A stretch of 64,000 nt of DNA from Dehalococcoidia bacterium (lineage in GTDB: Bacteria > Chloroflexota > Dehalococcoidia > Bin125). Shown piece by piece: positions 19,376-28,101 of the stretch. The stretch spans positions 1,290,311-1,354,310 of the forward strand of contig OZ241962.1 of NCBI GenBank assembly GCA_965203995.1, read 5' to 3'. Both the position numbers and the translations under genes were made by a program. The notes beneath the pieces were generated by a model. The model had not been told where the DNA came from. It made no database searches and saw only the letters and a program-made list of their open reading frames with translations. Every line of letters starts with the position of its first letter. The first letter of the stretch is position 1.

Positions 19376-19626
19376 AGTCTCGCTGATCCACCTTGCAAGT
19401 TGACGAGCAGATCAACCTCGTCGCCGTCGTTGAGCGGATCGTCGGCGTGGGCCTGAACGGAGTTGATCACGACCGCGATCGCTTCCTGGTCCTGTTGGGA
19501 GAACTCTTCGGCTTCGAGGATGTGCTGAGCGGTGATGCCGTCGAACCAGTCGACCGAGAGGCTGGATTGTTTGGATTTGGAGAGCGGCACAAGCGTCATG
19601 AAGAGTTTGACATTGATGGCCATCAC
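19372..19626 (-). CDS. MoaD/ThiS-family ubiquitin-like sulfur-carrier-type protein with a 4-residue extension (SARL) after the Gly-Gly
   Basis: MMAINVKLFMTL...DPLNDGDEVDLLVNLQGG-SARL follows the MoaD pattern (DGDEV..l.p..sGG) but continues past GG. Its stop overlaps the pyrG GTG start (GTGA). Confidence 0.55.
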   Translation of the reverse strand: MMAINVKLFMTLVPLSKSKQSSLSVDWFDGITAQHILEAEEFSQQDQEAIAVVINSVQAHADDPLNDGDEVDLLVNLQGGSARL

Positions 19627-19656
19627 GGTCTCCGTCGCTGGTTGGTTGGGAGTGTA

Positions 19657-20493
19657 TCAATGGGCGGCGTCGAGCAGGTCAGCCGCTTCGTGCAGCATGT
19701 GGACGGCCGTGTTGCGGACGCCGGGGTGGTTGGGCTGTCCGCCCATCGGGTAGGGGAACAGCGTGGCATAGCGGGAGAGCGTGACGGCCATCTCCCGGCT
19801 GACGGCGCTGAAGCGGGGATGGGGATGCTCGCGCCAGAAGGCTGCGGCCTCGCCCCAGTTGGCGGCGAGGGCCTGGACCTCGTGGGCGTGGCGCTGCGGG
19901 TCGAGCGACTGGTCGCTGCCGTAGACCTCGACGCGGCGGCCCAGGCCGGCGCGCGCCAGCGGGGCGTGCTCGGCCAGCGCGGCAGCCGCAGCGCGACGCA
20001 GCGCATCGGGATCGGGATCGGCGGCGCGACGGGCGCTGACAACGATCAGCGGATCGACGTTCTTGAACTCTGACTCGGACTGCCAGGGCGAGACCTGCTC
20101 GGTCATCGGTCCCTCGCGACGCCACGCGCGGCGGGCGTCGTCCACGCCGACGATCAGGCCGAAGGTGGGGCCGAAGGCCGAGACGCCGACGCCGTAGGCC
20201 GTGACGGGACGACCGGCGCCGAGCTCGTTGCGGATCCGTCGGCGGGCGAGGAAGCGCTGTAGTCGACTCGGGTTGGTCGCGTCGATGACGTGCGCGGCGA
20301 CTCCCAACGCGGTGAGGCCGCCCCTGAGCGACTCCGGCAGGGCGGAGTCCTCAGGCGGGCGGTAGCTGATCCCGGTGGCGGCTCCGATCACGTAGCTCGG
20401 TTGAGCGGCGCCGATGCGGTTGAGATGACCGACCAGGCTGCCGAGCAGCGGCGTCCAGTGGTACTCGTAGCGCGCGTCGACGAATGCCTGCAC
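19657..20493 (-). CDS. Hypothetical protein (278 aa, Cys-free)
   Basis: Long ORF with coherent codon usage and no recognisable motif. Confidence 0.4.
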   Translation of the reverse strand: MQAFVDARYEYHWTPLLGSLVGHLNRIGAAQPSYVIGAATGISYRPPEDSALPESLRGGLTALGVAAHVIDATNPSRLQRFLARRRIRNELGAGRPVTAYGVGVSAFGPTFGLIVGVDDARRAWRREGPMTEQVSPWQSESEFKNVDPLIVVSARRAADPDPDALRRAAAAALAEHAPLARAGLGRRVEVYGSDQSLDPQRHAHEVQALAANWGEAAAFWREHPHPRFSAVSREMAVTLSRYATLFPYPMGGQPNHPGVRNTAVHMLHEAADLLDAAH

Positions 20494-20537
20494 CGTGGGC
20501 CCTTACTCGCAAGGCTTGAGCATACGGAAGCGCGGGT

Positions 20538-21875
20538 ATGCTGAGACAGCCCATGCCGAACGCCTCACACAGTCAGCCCGCCGTCGAACCGACCATCGAC
20601 GTGCTCGCCAACGGCCTGCGCGTCGTCGTGACGGCGATTCCGCACTCGCAGGCGGCGGTGCTGGCGGCGTACGTCGGGGTGGGATCGCGCGACGAGGCGC
20701 GCGAGACGCTGGGGCTGTCGCACTATCTCGAGCACATGTTGTTCAAGGGCACCGAGTCGCGGCCGGAGCCGACGGCGATCTCGGCCGCAATCGAGGGCGC
20801 GGGCGGATCCCTGAACGCGTTCACCTCGCGGGAGCTGACCTGCTACTGGAACCGCGTGCCGTTCGACCGGCTGCCGCTGGCCATGGACGTGCTGGCCGAC
20901 TCCGTGCGGCATTCCTTGCTGGCCGAGTCGGAGATTGAGCGCGAGCGGACGGTGATCTGCTCGGAGATTCGCCGCGCCCACGACCAGCCGGGGCAGCGCG
21001 TGTCGCAGTTATTGACGCAGGCCACCTACGGCGAGCAGCCGCTGGGCTGGGAGATCGCGGGCGACCTCGAGTCGGTCGGGGCGGTGACCCGCGAGCATCT
21101 GGCCGAGCACATCGGGACGTTCTACCGGCCGTCCAATATCGTGCTTTCGGTCGCCGGCAATGTCGAGCGGGAGCAGGTCGTCGAGTTGGCCGAGCGCCAC
21201 TGGGGCGAGGGCTGGTCCGAACGCGCGGCGGAGGCTGCGCCCTCGCGGCCGTCGGCGCGGGATGCGATGTCGGAGGACCTGGCGCAGATCGAGGTTCGCG
21301 AACTTGAGCAATGCAGTCTCGCTCTGGCGCTGCGCTCGATTCACCGGCTGGATCCCGATCGCTATGCGATGGCGCTGATGAACGAGGTGCTGGGCGGCGG
21401 AATGAGTTCCAGGCTGTTTACCGAGATTCGCGAGAAGCGGGGATTGGCCTACTCGGTCGGCTCGCATCCGACGGCCTTCGCCGACGCTGGCCACCTGTCG
21501 ATCATGGCCGGCGTGACGGCGGAGCACGTGCTGGAGACCGTCGACGTCGCCCTGGACGAGCTGCGCAAGCTGACCGCAGAGCCGGTCCAGGCCGAGGAGC
21601 TGGCGCGGGTGCGCGAGCACGCCGTGGGCTCGTTCCGGTTGGGACTGGACGCGGCGGCGAGCTGGTGCCACCGGGCCGGCGGCATGCTGCTCTCGAACGG
21701 ATTCATCGAGCCGGTCGAGGAGACGATCGCCGGATACGAGGCGGTCACGACCGCCGACATCCAGCGCGTCGCCCGGCGAGTGGTGCGCGAAGACAATCTC
21801 GCCGGCGCCGTCGTCGGTCCCTTCGAGCGCCAGGATGAACTGCTCGAGCGGATCGCCCGTTTCAGCCCCAACTGA
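20538..21875 (+). CDS. M16-family zinc metallopeptidase (pitrilysin/insulinase-like)
   Basis: Inverted zinc motif HYLEHMLFKGT (HxxEH) and the downstream E...E. Two-domain length of about 440 aa. Confidence 0.8.
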   Translation: MLRQPMPNASHSQPAVEPTIDVLANGLRVVVTAIPHSQAAVLAAYVGVGSRDEARETLGLSHYLEHMLFKGTESRPEPTAISAAIEGAGGSLNAFTSRELTCYWNRVPFDRLPLAMDVLADSVRHSLLAESEIERERTVICSEIRRAHDQPGQRVSQLLTQATYGEQPLGWEIAGDLESVGAVTREHLAEHIGTFYRPSNIVLSVAGNVEREQVVELAERHWGEGWSERAAEAAPSRPSARDAMSEDLAQIEVRELEQCSLALALRSIHRLDPDRYAMALMNEVLGGGMSSRLFTEIREKRGLAYSVGSHPTAFADAGHLSIMAGVTAEHVLETVDVALDELRKLTAEPVQAEELARVREHAVGSFRLGLDAAASWCHRAGGMLLSNGFIEPVEETIAGYEAVTTADIQRVARRVVREDNLAGAVVGPFERQDELLERIARFSPN

Positions 21876-21877
21876 CG

Positions 21878-22600
21878 ATGGCAGAATGGATCGCCGCCAT
21901 GGATGACGTCCGCGCGCTGCTCGCCGTGCTGCCCGACGCGCCGCTGCCGAGCGAGGCCGTGGTCGAGCAGGCCGACGCGCTGATCGTCGTGTTTCCCCAG
22001 GACAAGAGCGCATACGAGGCCGCCTCCGAGCGTGTCTCGGCCGCGATCCAGCTCGGTCCGCCGGTCTATGTCGTGGTTCCGCCGATCGATTCCGGGCTGG
22101 CGCGTACATACCTCCTGTCGGCGCTGCGGCCCGGCGTCTACGGCGTCGCCGTGCAGGCGGCGGCCAGCGTCGATCAGCTTCGCTACCTCGAGGGCGTGCT
22201 GGAGGAACTCGAGATCCGCGCCGGCATCCGTCCCGGACTCACCGCGATGGCGGTGGGTTTCCACGACCCGCGCGCGATCGACATCATGTCCGACGCGCTC
22301 TCGGCGATGCGCGACTCCGCCGACCGGATGACCTGGATCGCCTTCGACCATGTCGAACTGGCCGCCTCGCTGGGCGTGCCGCCCGACAGTCCCACGGTCG
22401 CGGCCGCCGCCGCGCGAGTGGTGCTGACCGCGACCGCGTTCGATCTGCCCGTGGTCTACGGCTCGCCGCCCGACGCCGAGTACGCGGCGTCGCTCGGCTT
22501 CCGCGGTTGCGCCACCGGCGATCCGGCGGACCTGGCCGGGCTTCAGGCAGTCTTCACGCGGCCGGAACCGGAGCAGGACGAGCAGGAGGAGGAATCGTAG
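21878..22600 (+). CDS. HpcH/HpaI/CitE-like aldolase-lyase fold protein (divergent paralog)
   Basis: GVYGVAVQAAASVDQLRYLEGVLEELE...GLTAMAVGFHDPRAIDIM...IAFDHVELAASLGV resembles the CitE core (lPKvesa.dv..l...iEtarGv...fGa.Dl). Its stop abuts the next CitE-like gene. Confidence 0.5.
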   Translation: MAEWIAAMDDVRALLAVLPDAPLPSEAVVEQADALIVVFPQDKSAYEAASERVSAAIQLGPPVYVVVPPIDSGLARTYLLSALRPGVYGVAVQAAASVDQLRYLEGVLEELEIRAGIRPGLTAMAVGFHDPRAIDIMSDALSAMRDSADRMTWIAFDHVELAASLGVPPDSPTVAAAAARVVLTATAFDLPVVYGSPPDAEYAASLGFRGCATGDPADLAGLQAVFTRPEPEQDEQEEES

Positions 22601-22614
22601 TGGCAGCCACCGTA

Positions 22615-23490
22615 ATGCGATCGATGTTGTCGGTGCCGGGGATTCGCGAGCGCTTCATCGAGAAAGCGCGCGACGCCGAGGCCGACGTGCTCTGCTTCGA
22701 CCTTGAGGACTCGGTCGCCTGGGACGACAAGCCGGCGGCGCGCGACCTGCTCTGCCGCGTCCTGCCCGACTTCCCCAAGCGCGGCCGGCAGGTGTTCGTT
22801 CGCACCAACGGCTACGACACCGGATTGATCGAGCAGGAGCTGCACGCGATTACGCAGCCCTGGCTGGACGGCGTCAGCGTCTCCAAGATCGAGTGCGCCC
22901 GCGACATCCAGCGAATCGACGACTACCTCACCCTGCTCGAACGCGCCCGCGACCTGCCCGATGGCCAGGTCAAGCTGGCCGCCTGGATCGAGAACGCACA
23001 CGCGGTCGCCAACGCCTATGAGATCTGCGCCGCCTCCCGGCGGCTGGTCGGCATCTGCGTCGGCGGCGAGGACTACGCGGTCAGCATCGGCGTCCGCCGG
23101 ACCAAGGGCGGCGCCGAGCTGGAGCTGGCCCGCCGCGCCTCGGTCAATGCCGCCCACGCGGCCGGCATCGTCCCGCTCGACACGCCCTGGACCGACATCC
23201 GCGATCCCGAGGGATACGAAGACGAACTGCGTCGGATGAAAGAGATCGGCTTCCAGGGCAAGTTCTGTATCCATCCCGATCAGCTCGGTCCGGCCAATCG
23301 CATGTTCACCCCGCCGGCCGAGGACGTCGACTGGGCCCGACGCGTCGTCGACGCCTACCAGGACGGCGTCGAGCACAACCTCGGCGCGGTCGCCCTCGAC
23401 GGCCAGATGATCGACAAGCCCGTCCTCGAACAGGCCGAGAATGTCCTCGCCTGGTCGGAGCAGATCGCGGCGATGGAATCAGCCCGCTAG
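22615..23490 (+). CDS. CitE-family (citryl/malyl/citramalyl-CoA) lyase beta-subunit-like protein
   Basis: RSMLSVPGIRERFIEKARDAEADVLCFDLEDSVAWDDKPAARD...VFVRTNGYDT...LAAWIENAHAV...GGEDYAVSIGV...KFCIHPDQ gives the full CitE/HpcH signature. Confidence 0.8.
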   Translation: MRSMLSVPGIRERFIEKARDAEADVLCFDLEDSVAWDDKPAARDLLCRVLPDFPKRGRQVFVRTNGYDTGLIEQELHAITQPWLDGVSVSKIECARDIQRIDDYLTLLERARDLPDGQVKLAAWIENAHAVANAYEICAASRRLVGICVGGEDYAVSIGVRRTKGGAELELARRASVNAAHAAGIVPLDTPWTDIRDPEGYEDELRRMKEIGFQGKFCIHPDQLGPANRMFTPPAEDVDWARRVVDAYQDGVEHNLGAVALDGQMIDKPVLEQAENVLAWSEQIAAMESAR

Positions 23491-24680
23491 AGCGCGCCCT
23501 GGGGTTGGCGGCCGAGACGGAACGCGCCGGTTCGCTCATATGCGCTGTCGGCGACGTAGATGTGCTGGCTGGCGACAATGATGTCGCGGAAAACTCGCTG
23601 CAGCGGGCTCTCGCGGAAGGCAGCCGCGCCGCCGCCGTGATGATGGCAGAAGCGCACCACGTCGACGCAGGCGTCGGTCACCCAGGCGACCATTGCCCGA
23701 ATGCGAGCGTCGCGGGCGGGAGTGGTCGGCTCGCCGGCCTCGCGCCAGGCCATCGCCTCATCCAGCGTCGAGAGCGCGTAGGCTCGCGCCGCCTCGTAGC
23801 GACTCGACATCTCGCCGAAGTCGCGCTGGAACGCGCCGCGATCGGCGACCGAGCCGCCCTGTCCGAAGCGGGTCCGGTTGCCCAGCTCGCCGTTGAGTAG
23901 CTCCAGAGCGCGCCGCGCCGAACCCAGCGCGATGCCCGTGTGGCCGGGGCTGAGGAACGTGATCGTCGGGTTCTCGAACCACGGCCCGCCGCGCTCGGAG
24001 TGCGCGCCGCCGAACGGAGTCGTCCACTCCGGCTGGACGACGATGTCGTGCGCCTGGTAGTGGCAACTACCGGTCCCTTCGAGGCCCATCACGTGCCAAC
24101 TGTCCTCCACCACCAGCCGCGACTGCTCAACGACCGAGCCGACGATCGGCGGCAGCCCGTCTTCCGGGCCGGGTCGCGAGCCGTCCTCTTTGACCACGAC
24201 CGAGTTGGCCAGCACCCAGCCGCAATGGCGGATCCCGCTGGCAAAGGACCAGCGGCCGTTCAGCCGGAACGTCCCGTCGGGCAAGGCCGTCGCGCTCCCT
24301 TCCGGATTGGCCGTGCCGGCAATGCGCGGGAATCCGTTGCCGAAGACGGCGTCGAGACCGATCCCGTCGCGCAGGTGCGATCCGGCCAGGCCCGGCGTCT
24401 CCGCCTGGATCATCGCCACCCAGCCGCTGGAGACGTCGGCGCTGGCGAGCTGCTCGAACGCCTCGACCTGCGTGGCGGCGTGCACATCGAATCCGCCGAC
24501 CTCTCTGGGCGAGGCCATGGCGAAGAATCCGGCGCCCTCCAGCGCAGTCACCGACTCCGGGGCCAGCGTCCTCGCGGCGGCGGACGCGGCGGCGTACTCG
24601 CTCAGCGTGGTACCCACGCCCTCCGCCCGCTCAATCCAGTCGGATCGTTCACGCTGCCGTTCAGGGCTGGTGCGGCTCAT
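23487..24680 (-). CDS. Acyl-CoA-dehydrogenase-fold flavin-dependent monooxygenase-like protein (ACAD type-2, HsaA/HpaH/DszC-like), paralog 1
   Basis: ACAD N-terminal, middle and C-terminal domain pattern. The C-terminus LQRVFRDIIVASQHIYV is shared with two adjacent paralogs (LLRDIQTVSQHV, LLRDIQTSSQHV). Start set at the internal Met (MSRTSPERQRERSDW) that aligns with the paralog N-termini. Confidence 0.7.
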   Translation of the reverse strand: MSRTSPERQRERSDWIERAEGVGTTLSEYAAASAAARTLAPESVTALEGAGFFAMASPREVGGFDVHAATQVEAFEQLASADVSSGWVAMIQAETPGLAGSHLRDGIGLDAVFGNGFPRIAGTANPEGSATALPDGTFRLNGRWSFASGIRHCGWVLANSVVVKEDGSRPGPEDGLPPIVGSVVEQSRLVVEDSWHVMGLEGTGSCHYQAHDIVVQPEWTTPFGGAHSERGGPWFENPTITFLSPGHTGIALGSARRALELLNGELGNRTRFGQGGSVADRGAFQRDFGEMSSRYEAARAYALSTLDEAMAWREAGEPTTPARDARIRAMVAWVTDACVDVVRFCHHHGGGAAAFRESPLQRVFRDIIVASQHIYVADSAYERTGAFRLGRQPQGAL

Positions 24681-24726
24681 GATCGTTCTCGGAGTCCTGT
24701 TCGCCGCTTGTTCAATGCGGCATCCG

Positions 24727-25197
24727 TCAGGCTTGACCGTCGCCAGACCCATTGGCTCCGTTGGCCTGATTGCGGATCACCGAGCGGCGGTGCAGTTGTT
24801 CGGCGAACGGATCGACGATCAGGCCCAGAGACTCCAGCAGCGTCAGCCCGATAATCGGGTCCTCCCCGTCCTCGCCGACGATGACGCGACTGGGCGCAGA
24901 ATCACCCATCAGCTCAAACTCTGCGCTGGCGACTAGTCGTCTCTGGCTCGATCCATCGAACAGATAGACCGTGGTGGCAGCGCGCGGCATGATGCCGATT
25001 GAGAGCAGCGCCGACTGCGGTACAACGCAACTCACCGCCCCGGTATCGACCAGGAATCTGGCCTCCCAGACCCGTTCGGGTTCGGCGGGATTGATGACCT
25101 TAGCCGGCACATAGGTTGCGCCCATCGGCGTGTCCTCCAGGAGTTGCGTCAATTGCGCCACGGTGTCGGGATTGGGAGCGATTCGCAGCATGAGCAC
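24727..25197 (-). CDS. Retropepsin-like (clan AA) aspartic peptidase domain protein
   Basis: Catalytic motif FLVDTGAVSCVVP (D-T-G-A) with hydrophobic flanks. Length about 130-155 aa, typical of single-lobe bacterial retropepsin-like proteins. Confidence 0.6.
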   Translation of the reverse strand: MLMLRIAPNPDTVAQLTQLLEDTPMGATYVPAKVINPAEPERVWEARFLVDTGAVSCVVPQSALLSIGIMPRAATTVYLFDGSSQRRLVASAEFELMGDSAPSRVIVGEDGEDPIIGLTLLESLGLIVDPFAEQLHRRSVIRNQANGANGSGDGQA

Positions 25198-25234
25198 ATC
25201 CTTCCCGCCGTCAACGGGAATTCCAGACTACCGA

Positions 25235-26410
25235 TTACAACCCCGGCCGCACCGGGATGCCCAACTGGTGCTGACCGCGGCGGATGTAGGCCGACTGCGT
25301 CTGGATCACGTGCTGGCTGACCGTCTGGATGTCGCGCAGCAGCCGCGCCAGCACGTTGTCGCTGTAGACGGCGGGTCCGCCGGCATGCTCGTGCGCAGTG
25401 CGCACCACGTCCTCCGCCGCCTGGTGCGCCCAGCGCAAGGCGGCGCGGGCGCGGTCGTCCATTCGCACCGCCGCCTCCAGCGAGTCGACCGGCGCGTTCA
25501 GCAGTTCGTCGAAGAGATGGTGACCGTAGCCCTCCATCGCCTCGACCAACGCGACGCAGCGCCCGAGATCCCCCTGGAAGTGCTGCTGCTCGGCGATTGA
25601 GGCTCTCTGGCCGGTCCGGGTATGCGCCGTGGCCTGAGTCGTGATCTCCTCGACGGCCCGCTTGGCGACGCCGAGCGGGAATCCGTAGCCGGCGGCCGTG
25701 AGAAACGTCACCGTCGGCCGCGCCAGCCAGCCGTCGCCGCGCAGCGGCGGTCGCTCGAAGCCGGCCAGGCACATCTCGTCGGGCACGAAGACCTGCTCGT
25801 AGCGGTAGTGCGTCGAGCCCGTGCCGCGCATGCCCATCGTGTGCCAGGTGTCCTCGACCAGGACATCCGTCTTCGGCGCCGCCGCGCAAAGCAACGGCGG
25901 CGGTTTGCCCGGTTCCGGTTCCTGTCCGGTGATCCGCGACATCGAGAGCACGAAGTCCGAGTGGTGAATGCCCGAGGCCCAGCCCCAGCGTCCCGTCACC
26001 ATCCAGCCGCCCTCGACCTGCTCCGCCTCGCCCTCCGGCGCAATCGAGCCGCTGGTCACCGGCCAGCGCCGGTCGGCGTCGGTGAAGATCCGCTCGACCG
26101 CGCTGTCGGGCAGGCGCGAAGCGAGCCAGGCGGACTCGTGCGCGCCGATCAGGGCGCACCAGCCGGCGGAGGAATCGTGGGCGGTGATATCGGCGATCAC
26201 CTGCGTCTGCACTCGCGGATGCGCGTTGATCCCGCCCAGCTCCTCGGGCGAGCAGAGCTGGAAGGCGTCGACGCTGCGCAGCGCCGCCTCGGTCGCGGGC
26301 GACAGTCGGCGCAGCTCCTCGTTGGTCTGGGACTCCGCGCGCAGCGTGTCGCCGATCGCCGCGATCCGCTCGCGCCACTCTGCCCGCTGCTCCGCCAATG
26401 TGCTGGTCAT
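25235..26410 (-). CDS. ACAD-fold flavin-dependent monooxygenase-like protein, paralog 2
   Basis: N-terminus MTSTLAEQRAEWRERIAAIGD...; motifs GW...ASG..H, EDTWHTMGMRGTGS and LLRDIQTVSQHV. Roughly 40-45% identical by eye to paralogs 1 and 3. Confidence 0.7.
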   Translation of the reverse strand: MTSTLAEQRAEWRERIAAIGDTLRAESQTNEELRRLSPATEAALRSVDAFQLCSPEELGGINAHPRVQTQVIADITAHDSSAGWCALIGAHESAWLASRLPDSAVERIFTDADRRWPVTSGSIAPEGEAEQVEGGWMVTGRWGWASGIHHSDFVLSMSRITGQEPEPGKPPPLLCAAAPKTDVLVEDTWHTMGMRGTGSTHYRYEQVFVPDEMCLAGFERPPLRGDGWLARPTVTFLTAAGYGFPLGVAKRAVEEITTQATAHTRTGQRASIAEQQHFQGDLGRCVALVEAMEGYGHHLFDELLNAPVDSLEAAVRMDDRARAALRWAHQAAEDVVRTAHEHAGGPAVYSDNVLARLLRDIQTVSQHVIQTQSAYIRRGQHQLGIPVRPGL

Positions 26411-26454
26411 CGATCCCCTCGCTCCGCTGACTGCGTCTAGGGTACGCGCGGCGC

Positions 26455-27639
26455 TCAGATCCCCGGCCCCACTTCAAGCCCCAGCCGGTGCCGGCCCAGG
26501 CGGACGTAGGCGCTGTCGCCGGGCATGACGTGTTGCGACGAGGTCTGAATGTCGCGCAGCAGGCGCTGGATCATGCTGGACTCGAACACGTCAGCGCCGC
26601 CCATGTGATCGTGGACGGTCCGCACGATCCGTTCGGTCGTCTGGTTGCACCAGCGATAGGCGGAGCGGGCCCGGTCACCGAGTTCCACGGTCTGCTGCAG
26701 GGTGTCGATCGGCGCGTCGTGGAGCAGTTCGCACAGGTTTCGGCCGTAGCCTTCGATCGCGTCGAGCATCGCCTGTGCCTCGCCGATGTCGTGCTGCACG
26801 CGCTCGCGCTCGGCGATCGACCCTCGGTACGCGCGCCGTCGTCCCGCAGGCGCGTGGACCGCAAACTCCTCCAGCGCCCGGCGGGCGATGCCCAGGCTGG
26901 TCGCGTACATCGCCGGGACGAGGAAGATCGGATTGGGCCGCGTAACGAAGCCCTCGCCGCGCAGTGGCGGCAGTTCCAGATTCACCAGCTCCATCTCCTG
27001 CGGCACGAAGCGGTCGTCGAAGCGGTAGTGGGCGGAGCCCGTGCCGCGCATCCCCAGCGTGTGCCAGGTGTCCTCGATCTCGACATCCTCGCGTCGCGCG
27101 GCGACAGTCAGCGTCGGCCGCGGCTGGCCCGGCTCGGGCTCGTCGCCGGCCAGGAAACTCTGGATCAGGACGTAGTCGGCCGTATGAATGCCCGACGCCC
27201 AGGCCGAGCGCGCGTTGACGATCCAGCCGCCCTCAACCGGACGCGCCTCGCCCGCAGGGGCAAGTCCGCCCGCCGCGACCGGGAAGCGCCAGTCGCGCAG
27301 GTTCGGATTGAAGATCCGCTGAGTCGTGCCCTCCGGCAGCCGCGTGGCGAGCCAGGCCGACTCCTGGCAGCCGTTCATCAGGTTCCAGCCCGTCGAGGGA
27401 TCGGCCGCCGAGACGGCCGCGACCGTTTCAAGCTGCGCGACCGGATGCAGGTCGGAGCCGCCCAGCTCGATCGGCGTGCAGATGCCGAAGGCGTCGATCC
27501 CGTGCAGGGCCTCCATAGTCGCCGCCGACAGATGCCGCAGTTGGTCGTTGCGGTCGGCTTCGGCGCGAACGACGGCGTCGATCGACTCGGCCCGCTCGCG
27601 CCACTCGCGGCGTTGCTCCGACATTCCGCTCAGCGTCAT
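26455..27639 (-). CDS. ACAD-fold flavin-dependent monooxygenase-like protein, paralog 3
   Basis: N-terminus MTLSGMSEQRREWRERAESIDAV...; motifs EDTWHTLGMRGTGSAHY and LLRDIQTSSQHV. Start chosen at the Met aligning with paralog 2. Confidence 0.7.
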   Translation of the reverse strand: MTLSGMSEQRREWRERAESIDAVVRAEADRNDQLRHLSAATMEALHGIDAFGICTPIELGGSDLHPVAQLETVAAVSAADPSTGWNLMNGCQESAWLATRLPEGTTQRIFNPNLRDWRFPVAAGGLAPAGEARPVEGGWIVNARSAWASGIHTADYVLIQSFLAGDEPEPGQPRPTLTVAARREDVEIEDTWHTLGMRGTGSAHYRFDDRFVPQEMELVNLELPPLRGEGFVTRPNPIFLVPAMYATSLGIARRALEEFAVHAPAGRRRAYRGSIAERERVQHDIGEAQAMLDAIEGYGRNLCELLHDAPIDTLQQTVELGDRARSAYRWCNQTTERIVRTVHDHMGGADVFESSMIQRLLRDIQTSSQHVMPGDSAYVRLGRHRLGLEVGPGI

Positions 27640-27879
27640 GATCCCCTCGCCCGGTTCGGAACGCACAGCCTACGAGGATTCGCTCGCTCAACTCACGGCC
27701 GGCGAGCCGGGCCGGCCTCCGTCGTCCCCGACACACGGCAACCGCGCCGACGAACATGAGTGCGAATACAATGGTGATGCCCGTCAACAATCGAAGCCTC
27801 GGGAGCGACTCATGAACCCCGCCAACCCTTCCAACACCAGCCGACCTCACTCAACCTGGCCCAACCTCTCTCACCCTGA

Positions 27880-27937
27880 GCTGACCTCATCCCGACATAA
27901 TCTGACCTGATCTGACCAAATCTGACCAGATCTGACA
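27880..27937. repeat. 10-bp-phased direct repeat array of (A/T)TCTGAC(C/A), five copies, in a divergent intergenic region
   Basis: GCTGACCtcatcccgacataATCTGACCtgATCTGACCaaATCTGACCagATCTGACAtc. Copies start at 27901, 27911, 27921 and 27931, an exact 10-bp spacing. The 435-bp spacer lies between ACAD-like paralog 3 (minus strand) and the acyl-CoA dehydrogenase gene (plus strand). Confidence 0.6.
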
Positions 27938-28101
27938 TCAACAATCATGAATCTCCAGCCCGCAACAGCAATTCCCCGCGATCCGCCCGCAGTGCCCCTC
28001 GATTGCCCCCCGCGCCGCCCGGATCGTCGACCGCGGCGGCACCGGGCCGACGGTCTGCGAGGCGGTCATAGACTGACCGCAGCGAATGGTTCGGCAGGAG
28101 G

